A stretch of 64,000 nt of DNA from an uncultured delta proteobacterium (GTDB taxonomy: Bacteria > Desulfobacterota > Binatia > UBA9968): positions 192,001 through 256,000 of the forward strand of contig CAVSHR010000004.1 in assembly GCA_963727625.1 (NCBI GenBank). The letters are read 5' to 3'. Below are positions 19,371 through 27,983 of this stretch, piece after piece. The notes below the pieces were generated by a model. The model ran no database searches. It was not told where the DNA came from and saw nothing but the letters and a program-made list of their open reading frames with translations. How positions within the stretch are numbered: the first letter of the stretch is position 1; every line of letters starts with the position of its first letter. Position numbers and translations under genes: made by a program.

Positions 19371-20321
19371 ATGAAACGAATCTTGATTTCCCTCGCGCTG
19401 GCGCTTTGTCTGCTCGGCAGCGCTCCGATGCAGAGCTCGGCCAAAATCATCGTCGGCCTGTCGTCGGTGAACGTGGCTTTCCTGCCGGTATACGTGACCG
19501 AGGCTAAGGGCTTTTTCAAGGCTGAAGGACTCGACGTTTTGCTGGTTCTGTTCAACGCCGGCGCCACCAATCTGCAGGCGCTGATCGGCGGTGACGTGCA
19601 GATCATGGGCAGCGCATTCGTCGAAACCATCGGCGGGCGGGCAGCCGGTATCGATGTGAAAAATTTCTGGGGAATCTGCAATCTGATGCCTTTTCAGCTC
19701 TATTCGCAGCCGGACTTTAAATCGATGAAGCAGGCTAAAGGCAAACGTTTTGCGATCAGCCGATTCGGTTCTTTGACCGATTTTCTTACCCGCGCGACCT
19801 TGCGACACTTCAACCTCAGTGAAAAGGAAGTGACGATCCTGCAGATTGGCAGCACGCCGGCGCGCTTTGCGGCGCTGACAGCCAAGGGCGTGGACGCTTC
19901 GCTGGTCTGGTTCCCGGTGACCGAGATCGCCAAGAAGCAAGGGTACAACAAGCTGCTCGATCTGAAAGAAGTCTTTCCCGAATGGCCCTACGAAACTTTT
20001 GCCGCGCGCGAGTCTTACCTCACCAAAGAAAAGGATCAAGTGACAAAATTTTTGCGCGCCTATCAGAAAGGCGTGAAGTATGCGCGCGAAAATAAGGATG
20101 AGGCGGTCAAGATCATGATGAAATACGTCAAGATCGATCCCGCCTACGCGCCGGCGGGGTACGACGAATACCGCGACTCGTTTCCGCTCAACGGCCAGAT
20201 TGCCGAAAAAGCCATACCGGTGGTGATCGACGAAGAATTCCGCACCGGCAGAATCAGGAAGAAATTGACTTTGGACGATATGGTTGACCGCTCGTTTATC
20301 TCTATGTTAGGCGGGAAGTAA
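19371..20321 (+). CDS. NMT1/THI5/SsuA-type ABC substrate-binding protein
   Basis: Signal peptide, GFFKAEGLDV, ALIGGDVQ, KGKRFAISRFGS, GVDA. Confidence 0.88.
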   Translation: MKRILISLALALCLLGSAPMQSSAKIIVGLSSVNVAFLPVYVTEAKGFFKAEGLDVLLVLFNAGATNLQALIGGDVQIMGSAFVETIGGRAAGIDVKNFWGICNLMPFQLYSQPDFKSMKQAKGKRFAISRFGSLTDFLTRATLRHFNLSEKEVTILQIGSTPARFAALTAKGVDASLVWFPVTEIAKKQGYNKLLDLKEVFPEWPYETFAARESYLTKEKDQVTKFLRAYQKGVKYARENKDEAVKIMMKYVKIDPAYAPAGYDEYRDSFPLNGQIAEKAIPVVIDEEFRTGRIRKKLTLDDMVDRSFISMLGGK

Positions 20322-20348
20322 GCGAAACCCAAGCCGGAGGAGGATTCT

Positions 20349-21443
20349 ATGATTATCGATCTTGATTCTCATTTGCGGGAAGGTTACTTCATGGACGAGG
20401 TTTACAATCTCCCGGAGCCCTATGCGCGTTTCACGCCGCAGAAATCCGGCGAAGGCCGGAATCATAACACCAAGTGGGTGCATCAGCTCGATCCCGGCGA
20501 CCCGCAGGGTCGCGCTGCGCACAAACATCCCTATATTTACGATCCCAAGGTCAACTGGCGCAATGGCGAAATCGCCGCGCGCCAGATCGCCGGCCACGAC
20601 ATGGAATTTCGCTTCAACGATATCAAGAAAGAGGGGATCGATAAGCAAATTCTCTTTGCCACGGGCATCAGCGTTGCCACGGAAAACGTTGGCGGCCTCG
20701 GGCTGGCTTGCGCGCAGTCGTACAATAACTGGGTCAAAAAACTGGTCAAAGGGCATGAAAATACGTTTTTGCCGGTGGCGATGGCGCCGGCCGGTTGCCC
20801 GGAAGAGATGGCCAACGAATTGCGCCGCTGCGTCAAGGAACTCGGCTTCAAGGCGTCGCATCTGGTTCCGTACATCGGCCGAAGAAACCTCGACCATCCG
20901 AGCTTCTTTCCGTACTATCAAACCGCAGAAGAACTCGGCGTGCCGCTTTTCTGCCACCCGAACAGCAACGGCGAGTTGACCGATCGCTTCGACAACTTTT
21001 TTAAAACCCATGTGCTCGGACGGGTGATGAATTGCACGCCCGCTTTGGTCGCGCTGGTGCTCGGCGGCGTGTTCGAGATGTTTCCCAAGCTCAAAGTGGC
21101 CTTCTTTGAATGCAGCGCCGAATGGCCGCTCTACTGGATGCATCGAATGGACGACGACTGGGAGTGGGCCAAGGACTTTCCGCAGATCTCCGGCCAGCTC
21201 AAAATGCCGCCTTCCGAATACGTGAAACGAAATTGCTATGTGACCTGCGAAGCGGACGAGGGCGACATGAGCCAATCGCTCAAAGAAGTCGGCGAAGATC
21301 ATATTTTGATGGCCACCGACTATCCGCACTTCGACTCGGAATTTCCCCACACCGTGTCAGGGATCATGGAGCGCTCGGATCTGACCAAGCGACAAAAAGA
21401 AAAGATTTGTGGGGAGAATGCCGCGAAACTGCTGAACCTCTAA
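20349..21443 (+). CDS. Amidohydrolase family (Amidohydro_2) protein
   Basis: IIDLDSH, EGIDKQILF, YNNW, LFCHP, GVFEMFPKLKVAFFE, ATDYPHFD, ENAAKL. Confidence 0.9.
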   Translation: MIIDLDSHLREGYFMDEVYNLPEPYARFTPQKSGEGRNHNTKWVHQLDPGDPQGRAAHKHPYIYDPKVNWRNGEIAARQIAGHDMEFRFNDIKKEGIDKQILFATGISVATENVGGLGLACAQSYNNWVKKLVKGHENTFLPVAMAPAGCPEEMANELRRCVKELGFKASHLVPYIGRRNLDHPSFFPYYQTAEELGVPLFCHPNSNGELTDRFDNFFKTHVLGRVMNCTPALVALVLGGVFEMFPKLKVAFFECSAEWPLYWMHRMDDDWEWAKDFPQISGQLKMPPSEYVKRNCYVTCEADEGDMSQSLKEVGEDHILMATDYPHFDSEFPHTVSGIMERSDLTKRQKEKICGENAAKLLNL

Positions 21444-21470
21444 CCGATTAGACTAAAGTTCATCTCTTGG

Positions 21471-21513
21471 GCGCCGGCGGAGCGAAGCAACTCTCCGACC
21501 GGCGCTTTTTTTT
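21471..21513 (+). terminator. Intrinsic terminator
   Basis: GCGCCGG-CGGAG...CTCCG-A-CCGGCGC stem followed by T8. Confidence 0.75.
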
Positions 21514-21668
21514 CGCTTTGATACGCCGCAGCGATCGCCGTGAAAATGCTTCTTGTCAGATCGCAGCCGGTTGTATTATTGTCTGAAGCGATGCTAAGCA
21601 CTACGAGAATGCCGGTACCAAGCTGCAACAAACTTTGGCTGAATCGGTACTAAAGGGAGGGCTCGGAG

Positions 21669-22760
21669 ATGGCGATTGACGGAATGAAAGTGATCGATCT
21701 CGATAGTCATTTGGTCGGTGACCTGGAAAATTGGCACCAAACGGTTGAAGCCAAGTATAAAGAGTTCCTGCCGCACAAGCTGCCGACCAAGGACAATGAG
21801 CGAAGAAAAACCCTGGTCGGCAATCAAATCATGATCGGCTCGGAGCTTGGCCGGCAGAAAGCGGAAAAGAAAGAATGGGTCACCGAGGCCGATCTCACAT
21901 CGCAGGGACGCGTGCGCAACATGGACTTGGACGGCATCGACGTTGCGGTGCTGTCGCCCAATTCGCCGGCACTCGACATCCTGTGGTTCGCCGACGACCC
22001 GGAGTTGGCGGCGGCGTACGCGCGCGCGCAGAACAATTACATGAACTGGTACGCATCGCAGCAACCGGGTCGGCTCATGTGGGCGGGGGTTATCCCCCTC
22101 CAAGACCCAAAAGAAGCGATCCAGGAGCTGCACCGCTCACGAGAACTGGGGAGCAAGGCGCTCAACGTCAAAGCGACACCGATCCCCGGCAAGGAATGGT
22201 GGAACCCGCACTTCGATCCGATCTTCGATGAGCTGGAAAAGACCAAAACACCGATCATTTTCCACGACACCAAGACCGGCTCCATGGGCCATGACCGGTT
22301 CGCCGATAATTTCTTCTTTTCGCACATGGTTGGCCGCACCATCGAGAGCATGGTTTGCTTAATGATTTACCTATGCGGCGGTGTCATGGAAAAACATCCG
22401 GACCTGAAAATAATCTGCTTGGAGACCGGCGCCTCGCAAATGCCCTGGTGGCTTTCACGCATGGACGAACACTGGGAGAAATTGCCGCATCTCGTGCCGT
22501 GGCAGAAGCGCAAGCCCTCGGACATTTTCAACCAAAGTGTTTACGTCGGCTGTGAGCCCTTCGAGGACGGCTTGTTCGAATGGGCGGTGGAATATTTAGG
22601 CGGCGATCGCCTCGTGCTCGCCACCGACTCGCCGCATTGGGATTCCTCCCAACCCGGCCAGGTCACCGGCCCGGTCGCCAAGAGCACGAAAATCTCTCGG
22701 GAGAACAAGCGGAAAGTTCTGGGTGAGAACGCAATTAATTTACTCGGGCTGGGGCTTTGA
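21669..22760 (+). CDS. Amidohydrolase family (Amidohydro_2) protein
   Basis: VIDLDSH, MDLDGID, IIFH, GVMEKHPDLKIICLE, ATDSPHWD, ENA. Confidence 0.9.
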   Translation: MAIDGMKVIDLDSHLVGDLENWHQTVEAKYKEFLPHKLPTKDNERRKTLVGNQIMIGSELGRQKAEKKEWVTEADLTSQGRVRNMDLDGIDVAVLSPNSPALDILWFADDPELAAAYARAQNNYMNWYASQQPGRLMWAGVIPLQDPKEAIQELHRSRELGSKALNVKATPIPGKEWWNPHFDPIFDELEKTKTPIIFHDTKTGSMGHDRFADNFFFSHMVGRTIESMVCLMIYLCGGVMEKHPDLKIICLETGASQMPWWLSRMDEHWEKLPHLVPWQKRKPSDIFNQSVYVGCEPFEDGLFEWAVEYLGGDRLVLATDSPHWDSSQPGQVTGPVAKSTKISRENKRKVLGENAINLLGLGL

Positions 22761-22794
22761 TCGGCGAGTAGTTATGTGACGAAAGGGAACAGGA

Positions 22795-23808
22795 ATGGCT
22801 AGATTATTTTGGGTTTTGGTGACTGTCTTATTGTCTACGGTGCCGGCAAACCGTGTTCAAGCTGCTCCGGCAATGCGCAAGATCGTGGTCGCCTATGCCG
22901 CGATGAATGCGCGGGTGGCGCCTTTGTGGGTAGCGCGAGAGCATGGATTTTTCGCGAAGTATGGAGTTCAGGGGGAGACCTTGTTCGTTCGCGGTGCGCC
23001 AACTCTGGTTAGTGCCCTGACAACGGGAGACGTCGATGTGGGTTATACAGGCGGCACCGCCGTGATCGGGGCGGCAGCCGGCGGCTCAGATCTCAAAATT
23101 CTCGCGGCCCTGACGAATCGCGTAACCTATGATCTTGTCGTTAGACCGGGGATCAAGAGGCCGGAGGATCTTCGCGGTAAGACGTTTGGCGTTCAAAGCA
23201 TCGGCGGTACGGTATGGATGGGCGCAATCCTGGGATTGGAGCATCTCGGGCTCAATCCAGAGAGGGACAAAATTAATATCATCGTGGCAGGGGATCAAAC
23301 CGTGTTGGCGCAAGCCGTCGCGACGGGTACCATCGACGCGACCGTCTTGGACGGCGTTCAGAGCCGCCGGTTGCAAGCGATGGGACTTACGATTCTCGCA
23401 AGTCTAGCCAAGGCTAATTTGCCCATTCTGAGCGTCGGAATCGTCGCGCGAGAATCCCATATCAAAAAAAACCCGGAAATCATCGAGAGCGTCATGAAAG
23501 CGCTCCTCGAAGGGCTGGCGTTTTCTCTCTCACCAACGCGAAAACCGGAGACATTGAAGGTCGTACGAAAATATCTCAAAGTCGATGCGCAGTCGGCCGA
23601 AGAAGGATATAAGGATATGATAATCGGCTTTGACCGCAAGCCATACCCCTCGCCCAAAGGCGCTGCCAACATCATTCGGCTCATGCAGACACGAAACCCC
23701 AAAGTGGCAAAGGTCAAACCTGAAGATGTAATAGAAGACAGCATCTTAAGGAAACTCGATGAGAGCGGTTTCATCGATGAGATGTATGCCAAGTACGGCG
23801 TGAAATAA
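22795..23808 (+). CDS. NMT1/THI5/SsuA-type ABC substrate-binding protein
   Basis: Signal peptide, PLWVAREHGFFAKYG, DLRGKTFGV, GTIDA, LDESGFID. Confidence 0.88.
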   Translation: MARLFWVLVTVLLSTVPANRVQAAPAMRKIVVAYAAMNARVAPLWVAREHGFFAKYGVQGETLFVRGAPTLVSALTTGDVDVGYTGGTAVIGAAAGGSDLKILAALTNRVTYDLVVRPGIKRPEDLRGKTFGVQSIGGTVWMGAILGLEHLGLNPERDKINIIVAGDQTVLAQAVATGTIDATVLDGVQSRRLQAMGLTILASLAKANLPILSVGIVARESHIKKNPEIIESVMKALLEGLAFSLSPTRKPETLKVVRKYLKVDAQSAEEGYKDMIIGFDRKPYPSPKGAANIIRLMQTRNPKVAKVKPEDVIEDSILRKLDESGFIDEMYAKYGVK

Positions 23809-23945
23809 ATCGTGCTCGTGACTCGCGCTTGGGTTCGGTGACGCGAGCGAGCCGCGAACACGATCGCGTAAAACATGGCGGTTCTGCGTGTATGTAAAAA
23901 TTCCACTATGACCCAAGTGCTGAAGATCGGCTAAGGAGATCAGCG

Positions 23946-25058
23946 ATGTATATCGACGGAGACACTCATTACTGGCCGCTGCGCTTCATCGAAAAGGTGT
24001 CGCATCCGGGCAAAGGTCACATAGAGATCACGCCAGATACCGGCAATTATTTGCGTTACGGTAACGCAGTACCGGGCAAGGTCGCGACCTACTTTCGCGA
24101 TGGTAAAAAAATCCATTCCTTCAAAGAAGGGCGCTGGAGCATACCCCTGCGCGCCGAGTTCATGAAAAAGGATGGATTCGACAGACAGGTTTTAATCCCG
24201 GACAATCGGCCGTTGATCTACGAATGCGACCCGGAACTGGGCCGCCAGCTCGCGCGCGCCTATAACGATACAGTGGCGGAAGATATCCAGGGCGACGATC
24301 GTTTTATCGGCTGCGCCTGGATTTATTTGCCGGATATCCAGGAATCGGTCAAAGAACTGCGCCGCGCGGTCAAGGAGCTCGGTCTCAAAGCGATAAAATT
24401 CAACGGCGGTTGGGGCGACGGCGATTTGGATAATGAAGTGCTCTTCCCGCTTTATGAAGAAATCGCCGATCTGAATATCCCGATTTTGCTTCATCCCGCC
24501 GCGCGCGTGTTCGAATTACAACATAGCCATCCCTGGCTCGTCGGTGCCGAACGCTTCCGGGGCTACCAGCATTTCCCGACGGCACTGGGCTTTCCGCTGA
24601 CTTATATGGTCAGCGCCGCGCGATTGATCTTCGGCGGTGTGCTCGATCGCTTTCCGACCTTGAAGTTCGGTTTTTTCGAAGGCGGTATAGGCTGGGTGCC
24701 CTGGCTCATGCACACCCTCGACGCGCATATGCCGAACGAGTCTACGGTGTCCGTGTCCGTGCAACAGTTTTTCGAAGGCAAGAAAGGGATCAAGAAAAAA
24801 CCGAGTGAGTATTTCGATCAATTCTACATCGCTTGCGTGTCGTGGGAATCCTATCTAGCCGACACGGTGAATGGCTGGCCCAACCACAACATCATCATCG
24901 GCAGCGACTTCGACCACGGCGACGCGGTGGCCACCTGGCCGAAAACGGTCGACGTCATCAGGCAGATGAAAAATCTCGCCGAGGTCGACAAAGAAAAAGT
25001 TCTCGGCGGTAACGCGATGAGATTGTTTGGCTTGAACGGGAACGGCACGGCTCATTGA
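23946..25058 (+). CDS. Amidohydrolase family protein (ACMSD-like)
   Basis: IDGDTH, ARAYND, ELRRAVKELGL, ILLHP, GVLDRFPTLKFGFFEGGIGW, GSDFDHGD, GGNAMRLF. Confidence 0.88.
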   Translation: MYIDGDTHYWPLRFIEKVSHPGKGHIEITPDTGNYLRYGNAVPGKVATYFRDGKKIHSFKEGRWSIPLRAEFMKKDGFDRQVLIPDNRPLIYECDPELGRQLARAYNDTVAEDIQGDDRFIGCAWIYLPDIQESVKELRRAVKELGLKAIKFNGGWGDGDLDNEVLFPLYEEIADLNIPILLHPAARVFELQHSHPWLVGAERFRGYQHFPTALGFPLTYMVSAARLIFGGVLDRFPTLKFGFFEGGIGWVPWLMHTLDAHMPNESTVSVSVQQFFEGKKGIKKKPSEYFDQFYIACVSWESYLADTVNGWPNHNIIIGSDFDHGDAVATWPKTVDVIRQMKNLAEVDKEKVLGGNAMRLFGLNGNGTAH

Positions 25059-25264
25059 CAAAACGAGCGGTAAGGAAACCGGCGTTGTAGTCACCTCCCG
25101 TTGGCAGCCCTGCAACTCGGCCATTTGCGCTTAACATAAAATATCTGTTTAACTGTCGGTTTGCCTGGTATTTCCACCTGACGCGGTTTGCCGCGGTTCG
25201 GTTTATCTCCCGTCTTGATCATGCGATACTAACCGAGATTTTTGATTGAAAGGGAGATCGGATT

Positions 25265-26101
25265 GTGCCACCCCATATTCTTCGTATCGACTGTTCCGAT
25301 GAGCCCGGTTTAGTCCACAAGATCACCGGCGTGCTCTACAATGCCGGCTACAATATTCTAAGTAATCAAGAGTTTGTCGACCTGGAAGCGAAGCATTTCT
25401 TCATGCGCACGGCATTTGAGGGAGGGACCGAACCGGATCGTGTGGTGTCCTATCTGGAACAGATACTGCCAAAATATGCGGTGGTTAAATTGACCGCGGT
25501 GAATCACCAAGCGATCGTTATCATGGCGACCACCGAGGCGCACTGTCTAGGCGATCTACTGATCCGCCATTATTCCGGCGAATTGCCGGCGCAGATCCGC
25601 GCGGTGGTCAGCAATCACGAAAAACTAAAAGCGCTTGTGGAGCAATTCGGCGTCCCGTTTCACTATGTCGGCCATCAGAATATCGAGCGTGCGGCCCATG
25701 AAGACCTGGTCGTTGATGTGATCAAGGATTACGCGCCGGAATACATCGTTCTGGCAAAGTACATGCGGATACTTTCACCCAAGTTCGTGGCGCGTTATCC
25801 GAACCGGATGATCAACATTCACCACTCCTTTTTGCCGGCGTTCATCGGCGCCAAGCCGTACCACCAGGCGTACCATCGCGGCGTCAAAATCATCGGCGCG
25901 ACCGCGCATATCGTCACCGACGATCTCGACACCGGGCCGATCATCGCCCAAAGCGTCATCCCGGTGAATCATACCCACAGCGCGACCGCGATGGTGCAAG
26001 CGGGCAGGGACGTGGAAAAGGTCGTTCTGGCAAAGGCCGTGAAGCTGGCGCTCGAAGAGCGGGTTTTTTTGCACGGCAATCGAACGATCATCTTCGAGTA
26101 G
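25265..26101 (+). CDS. purU: Formyltetrahydrofolate deformylase
   Basis: N-terminal ACT domain (CSDEPGLV..FFMR), HCLGDL, VVSNH, LAKYMRILS, INIHHSFLPAFIGAKPYHQA, GVKIIGATAH. Confidence 0.95.
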   Translation: MPPHILRIDCSDEPGLVHKITGVLYNAGYNILSNQEFVDLEAKHFFMRTAFEGGTEPDRVVSYLEQILPKYAVVKLTAVNHQAIVIMATTEAHCLGDLLIRHYSGELPAQIRAVVSNHEKLKALVEQFGVPFHYVGHQNIERAAHEDLVVDVIKDYAPEYIVLAKYMRILSPKFVARYPNRMINIHHSFLPAFIGAKPYHQAYHRGVKIIGATAHIVTDDLDTGPIIAQSVIPVNHTHSATAMVQAGRDVEKVVLAKAVKLALEERVFLHGNRTIIFE

Positions 26102-26298
26102 GCGCATCCGTTCGCAAAGCCGACCTCTGTGCCTTAGTATAAGGCTCGAGGGCAACATTGCTCTCCGCCCTAATTTGAATTTCTCCGCAGAGCGCCACCT
26201 CGACGGCGTCGCCGTCTACGCAGTTGGATTGACAATATCGGAAGCATTGGATAAATCTTTTTGCATAAAATTTTTCATAAATTTACTAGGAGGCCGAC

Positions 26299-27744
26299 AT
26301 GGCTAAGGATTTGAGAACGTTTATCGCCGACTGCGAGCGCCAGCTGCCGGGCGAAGTGATCCACATCAGCAAAGAAGTCAATCCGGCAAACTATGATGTC
26401 ACGGCGATCATCAAACATCTGGGAGCCCAGAAAAAGTTTCCCATCATTATTTTCGATAAGCCTTTGAACTTAAACGGCAAGGTCGGACCGATCAAACTGA
26501 CGATGAACTGCGAGATCTCGCAGGGAAAAACCCAAATTGCCTTGGGCATGCCGCGCAACGCCACCCGGCCGCAGATGGCGGAAAAATGTCTGGAAATGGA
26601 AGAGCATCGGGTGCGGCCGACGATCATAAGCAAGAAGGATGCGCCGATTAAAGAAAACACCATGGTCGGCAAGGATGTGGATCTGTATCAGATTCCGATC
26701 ATGCGCCACCACGAGATGGACGGCGGACCGTACATCGTCTTGTCGACGATCACAAAAGACCGCAAGTCGGGAATTTACAACCTGTCCTATCATCGCATGG
26801 AAGTGAAATCGAAGAACTCCACCGCGCTTTACGCCTCTCCGCGGCATCTTTGGAAAATTTTCAAGGACTACGAAGAAAACAACCTGGAGATGCCCGTCGC
26901 TACCGTCCTGGGGCATCACCCGGCGTTTCACATGGGCGCATGCTACAGCGGTCCTTTCGAAGTGAGTGAGTACGATGTTATCGGCGGCTATCTCGGTGAA
27001 CCGCTGCGCTTGGTCGCTTCGGAAACTTTCGGCGACGATTTGTTGATCCCGGCGGACGCCGAAGTGGTGATCGAGGGTGTGCTCAAACCCGGACACCGCG
27101 TCGTTGAAGGGCCATTCGGCGAGGCGCCGGGCTACCTCGGACCGCAGCGCTATACGACTTGTGTCGAGTATGAAGTGCGCGCGATCAACTATCGCAATGG
27201 CGCTATGTATCAGTCAGTGATCACGCCGGAAGGCGACAAGCCGTGGATGGATCTGCCGCGCGAAGGCGCTTACCTGCGCCGCTGCCGCGAGGCGATACCG
27301 AACGTGACCGCGGTGTGCAAGCAGGGGCGTCACGCGCACTACAATGTTTTTATCTCGATGAAAAAGATGTCGGAAGGGGACCCCGGCCGTGCCGCCGCTG
27401 CCGCGTTAACCTTCGATCACACCAAGAACGTCTTCGTTTTCGACGACGACATCGACGTGTTCAATCCGACCGACATTCTATGGGCAATCGCGACCCGGGT
27501 CCAGCCCCATCGCCAGGTGTCGATCCTGCAACCGCTGTTCCGCGGCAATTTCCTCGATCCTTCGTTGGTCGATGAGATCAAGACTTCCGGGATGATCATC
27601 GATGCCACCAAGCCGCTGGACCGGCCGTTTTCTCCGGTGTCGAAGTGTCCCGACGAAGCAATGGCGCGTATCAAGCTGGAAGATTACGTTCCGGGCGAAG
27701 TGCTGCAACATATTCCGATGGACCGAACGACCTATTGGGCGTAA
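26299..27744 (+). CDS. UbiD-family prFMN-dependent (de)carboxylase
   Basis: DLRTFI, DGGPY, NLSYHRM (Arg), PADAEVVIEG, EGPFGE (Glu pair), DDDIDVFN, WAIATR, IDATKP. Confidence 0.92.
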   Translation: MAKDLRTFIADCERQLPGEVIHISKEVNPANYDVTAIIKHLGAQKKFPIIIFDKPLNLNGKVGPIKLTMNCEISQGKTQIALGMPRNATRPQMAEKCLEMEEHRVRPTIISKKDAPIKENTMVGKDVDLYQIPIMRHHEMDGGPYIVLSTITKDRKSGIYNLSYHRMEVKSKNSTALYASPRHLWKIFKDYEENNLEMPVATVLGHHPAFHMGACYSGPFEVSEYDVIGGYLGEPLRLVASETFGDDLLIPADAEVVIEGVLKPGHRVVEGPFGEAPGYLGPQRYTTCVEYEVRAINYRNGAMYQSVITPEGDKPWMDLPREGAYLRRCREAIPNVTAVCKQGRHAHYNVFISMKKMSEGDPGRAAAAALTFDHTKNVFVFDDDIDVFNPTDILWAIATRVQPHRQVSILQPLFRGNFLDPSLVDEIKTSGMIIDATKPLDRPFSPVSKCPDEAMARIKLEDYVPGEVLQHIPMDRTTYWA

Positions 27745-27792
27745 GCGGTTGCGGAAGCGAATTCTAGTTTAGGTTTTCAATGAGGAGGAACC

Positions 27793-27939
27793 ATGGGTCA
27801 AGCGGTCGAAATTACCTGTCCAAGCTGTAAGAAAGTATTTGTCGTTAATCCCCATATGCTCGGCTCGGGAATGAATTTTCACTGTCCGTTTTGCAATCTC
27901 TATTTTCCTGAAAAAGACAGCCCGAAAATCCGCAAATAA
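27793..27939 (+). CDS. 48-aa zinc-ribbon protein (below the ORF-track length cutoff), putative UbiD accessory subunit
   Basis: GAGGAGG RBS; MGQAVEITCPSCKKVFVVNPHMLGSGMNFHCPFCNLYFPEKDSPKIRK with two CxxC; followed by a terminator. Confidence 0.85.
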   Translation: MGQAVEITCPSCKKVFVVNPHMLGSGMNFHCPFCNLYFPEKDSPKIRK

Positions 27940-27947
27940 CGCGAGCC

Positions 27948-27983
27948 AGGCCGCGACGAGCGCTTCGCCGCGGCCTTTTTTTT
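27948..27983 (+). terminator. Intrinsic terminator after ubiD and the Zn-ribbon gene
   Basis: AGGCCGCG..CGCGGCCT stem followed by a T-tract. Confidence 0.75.
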
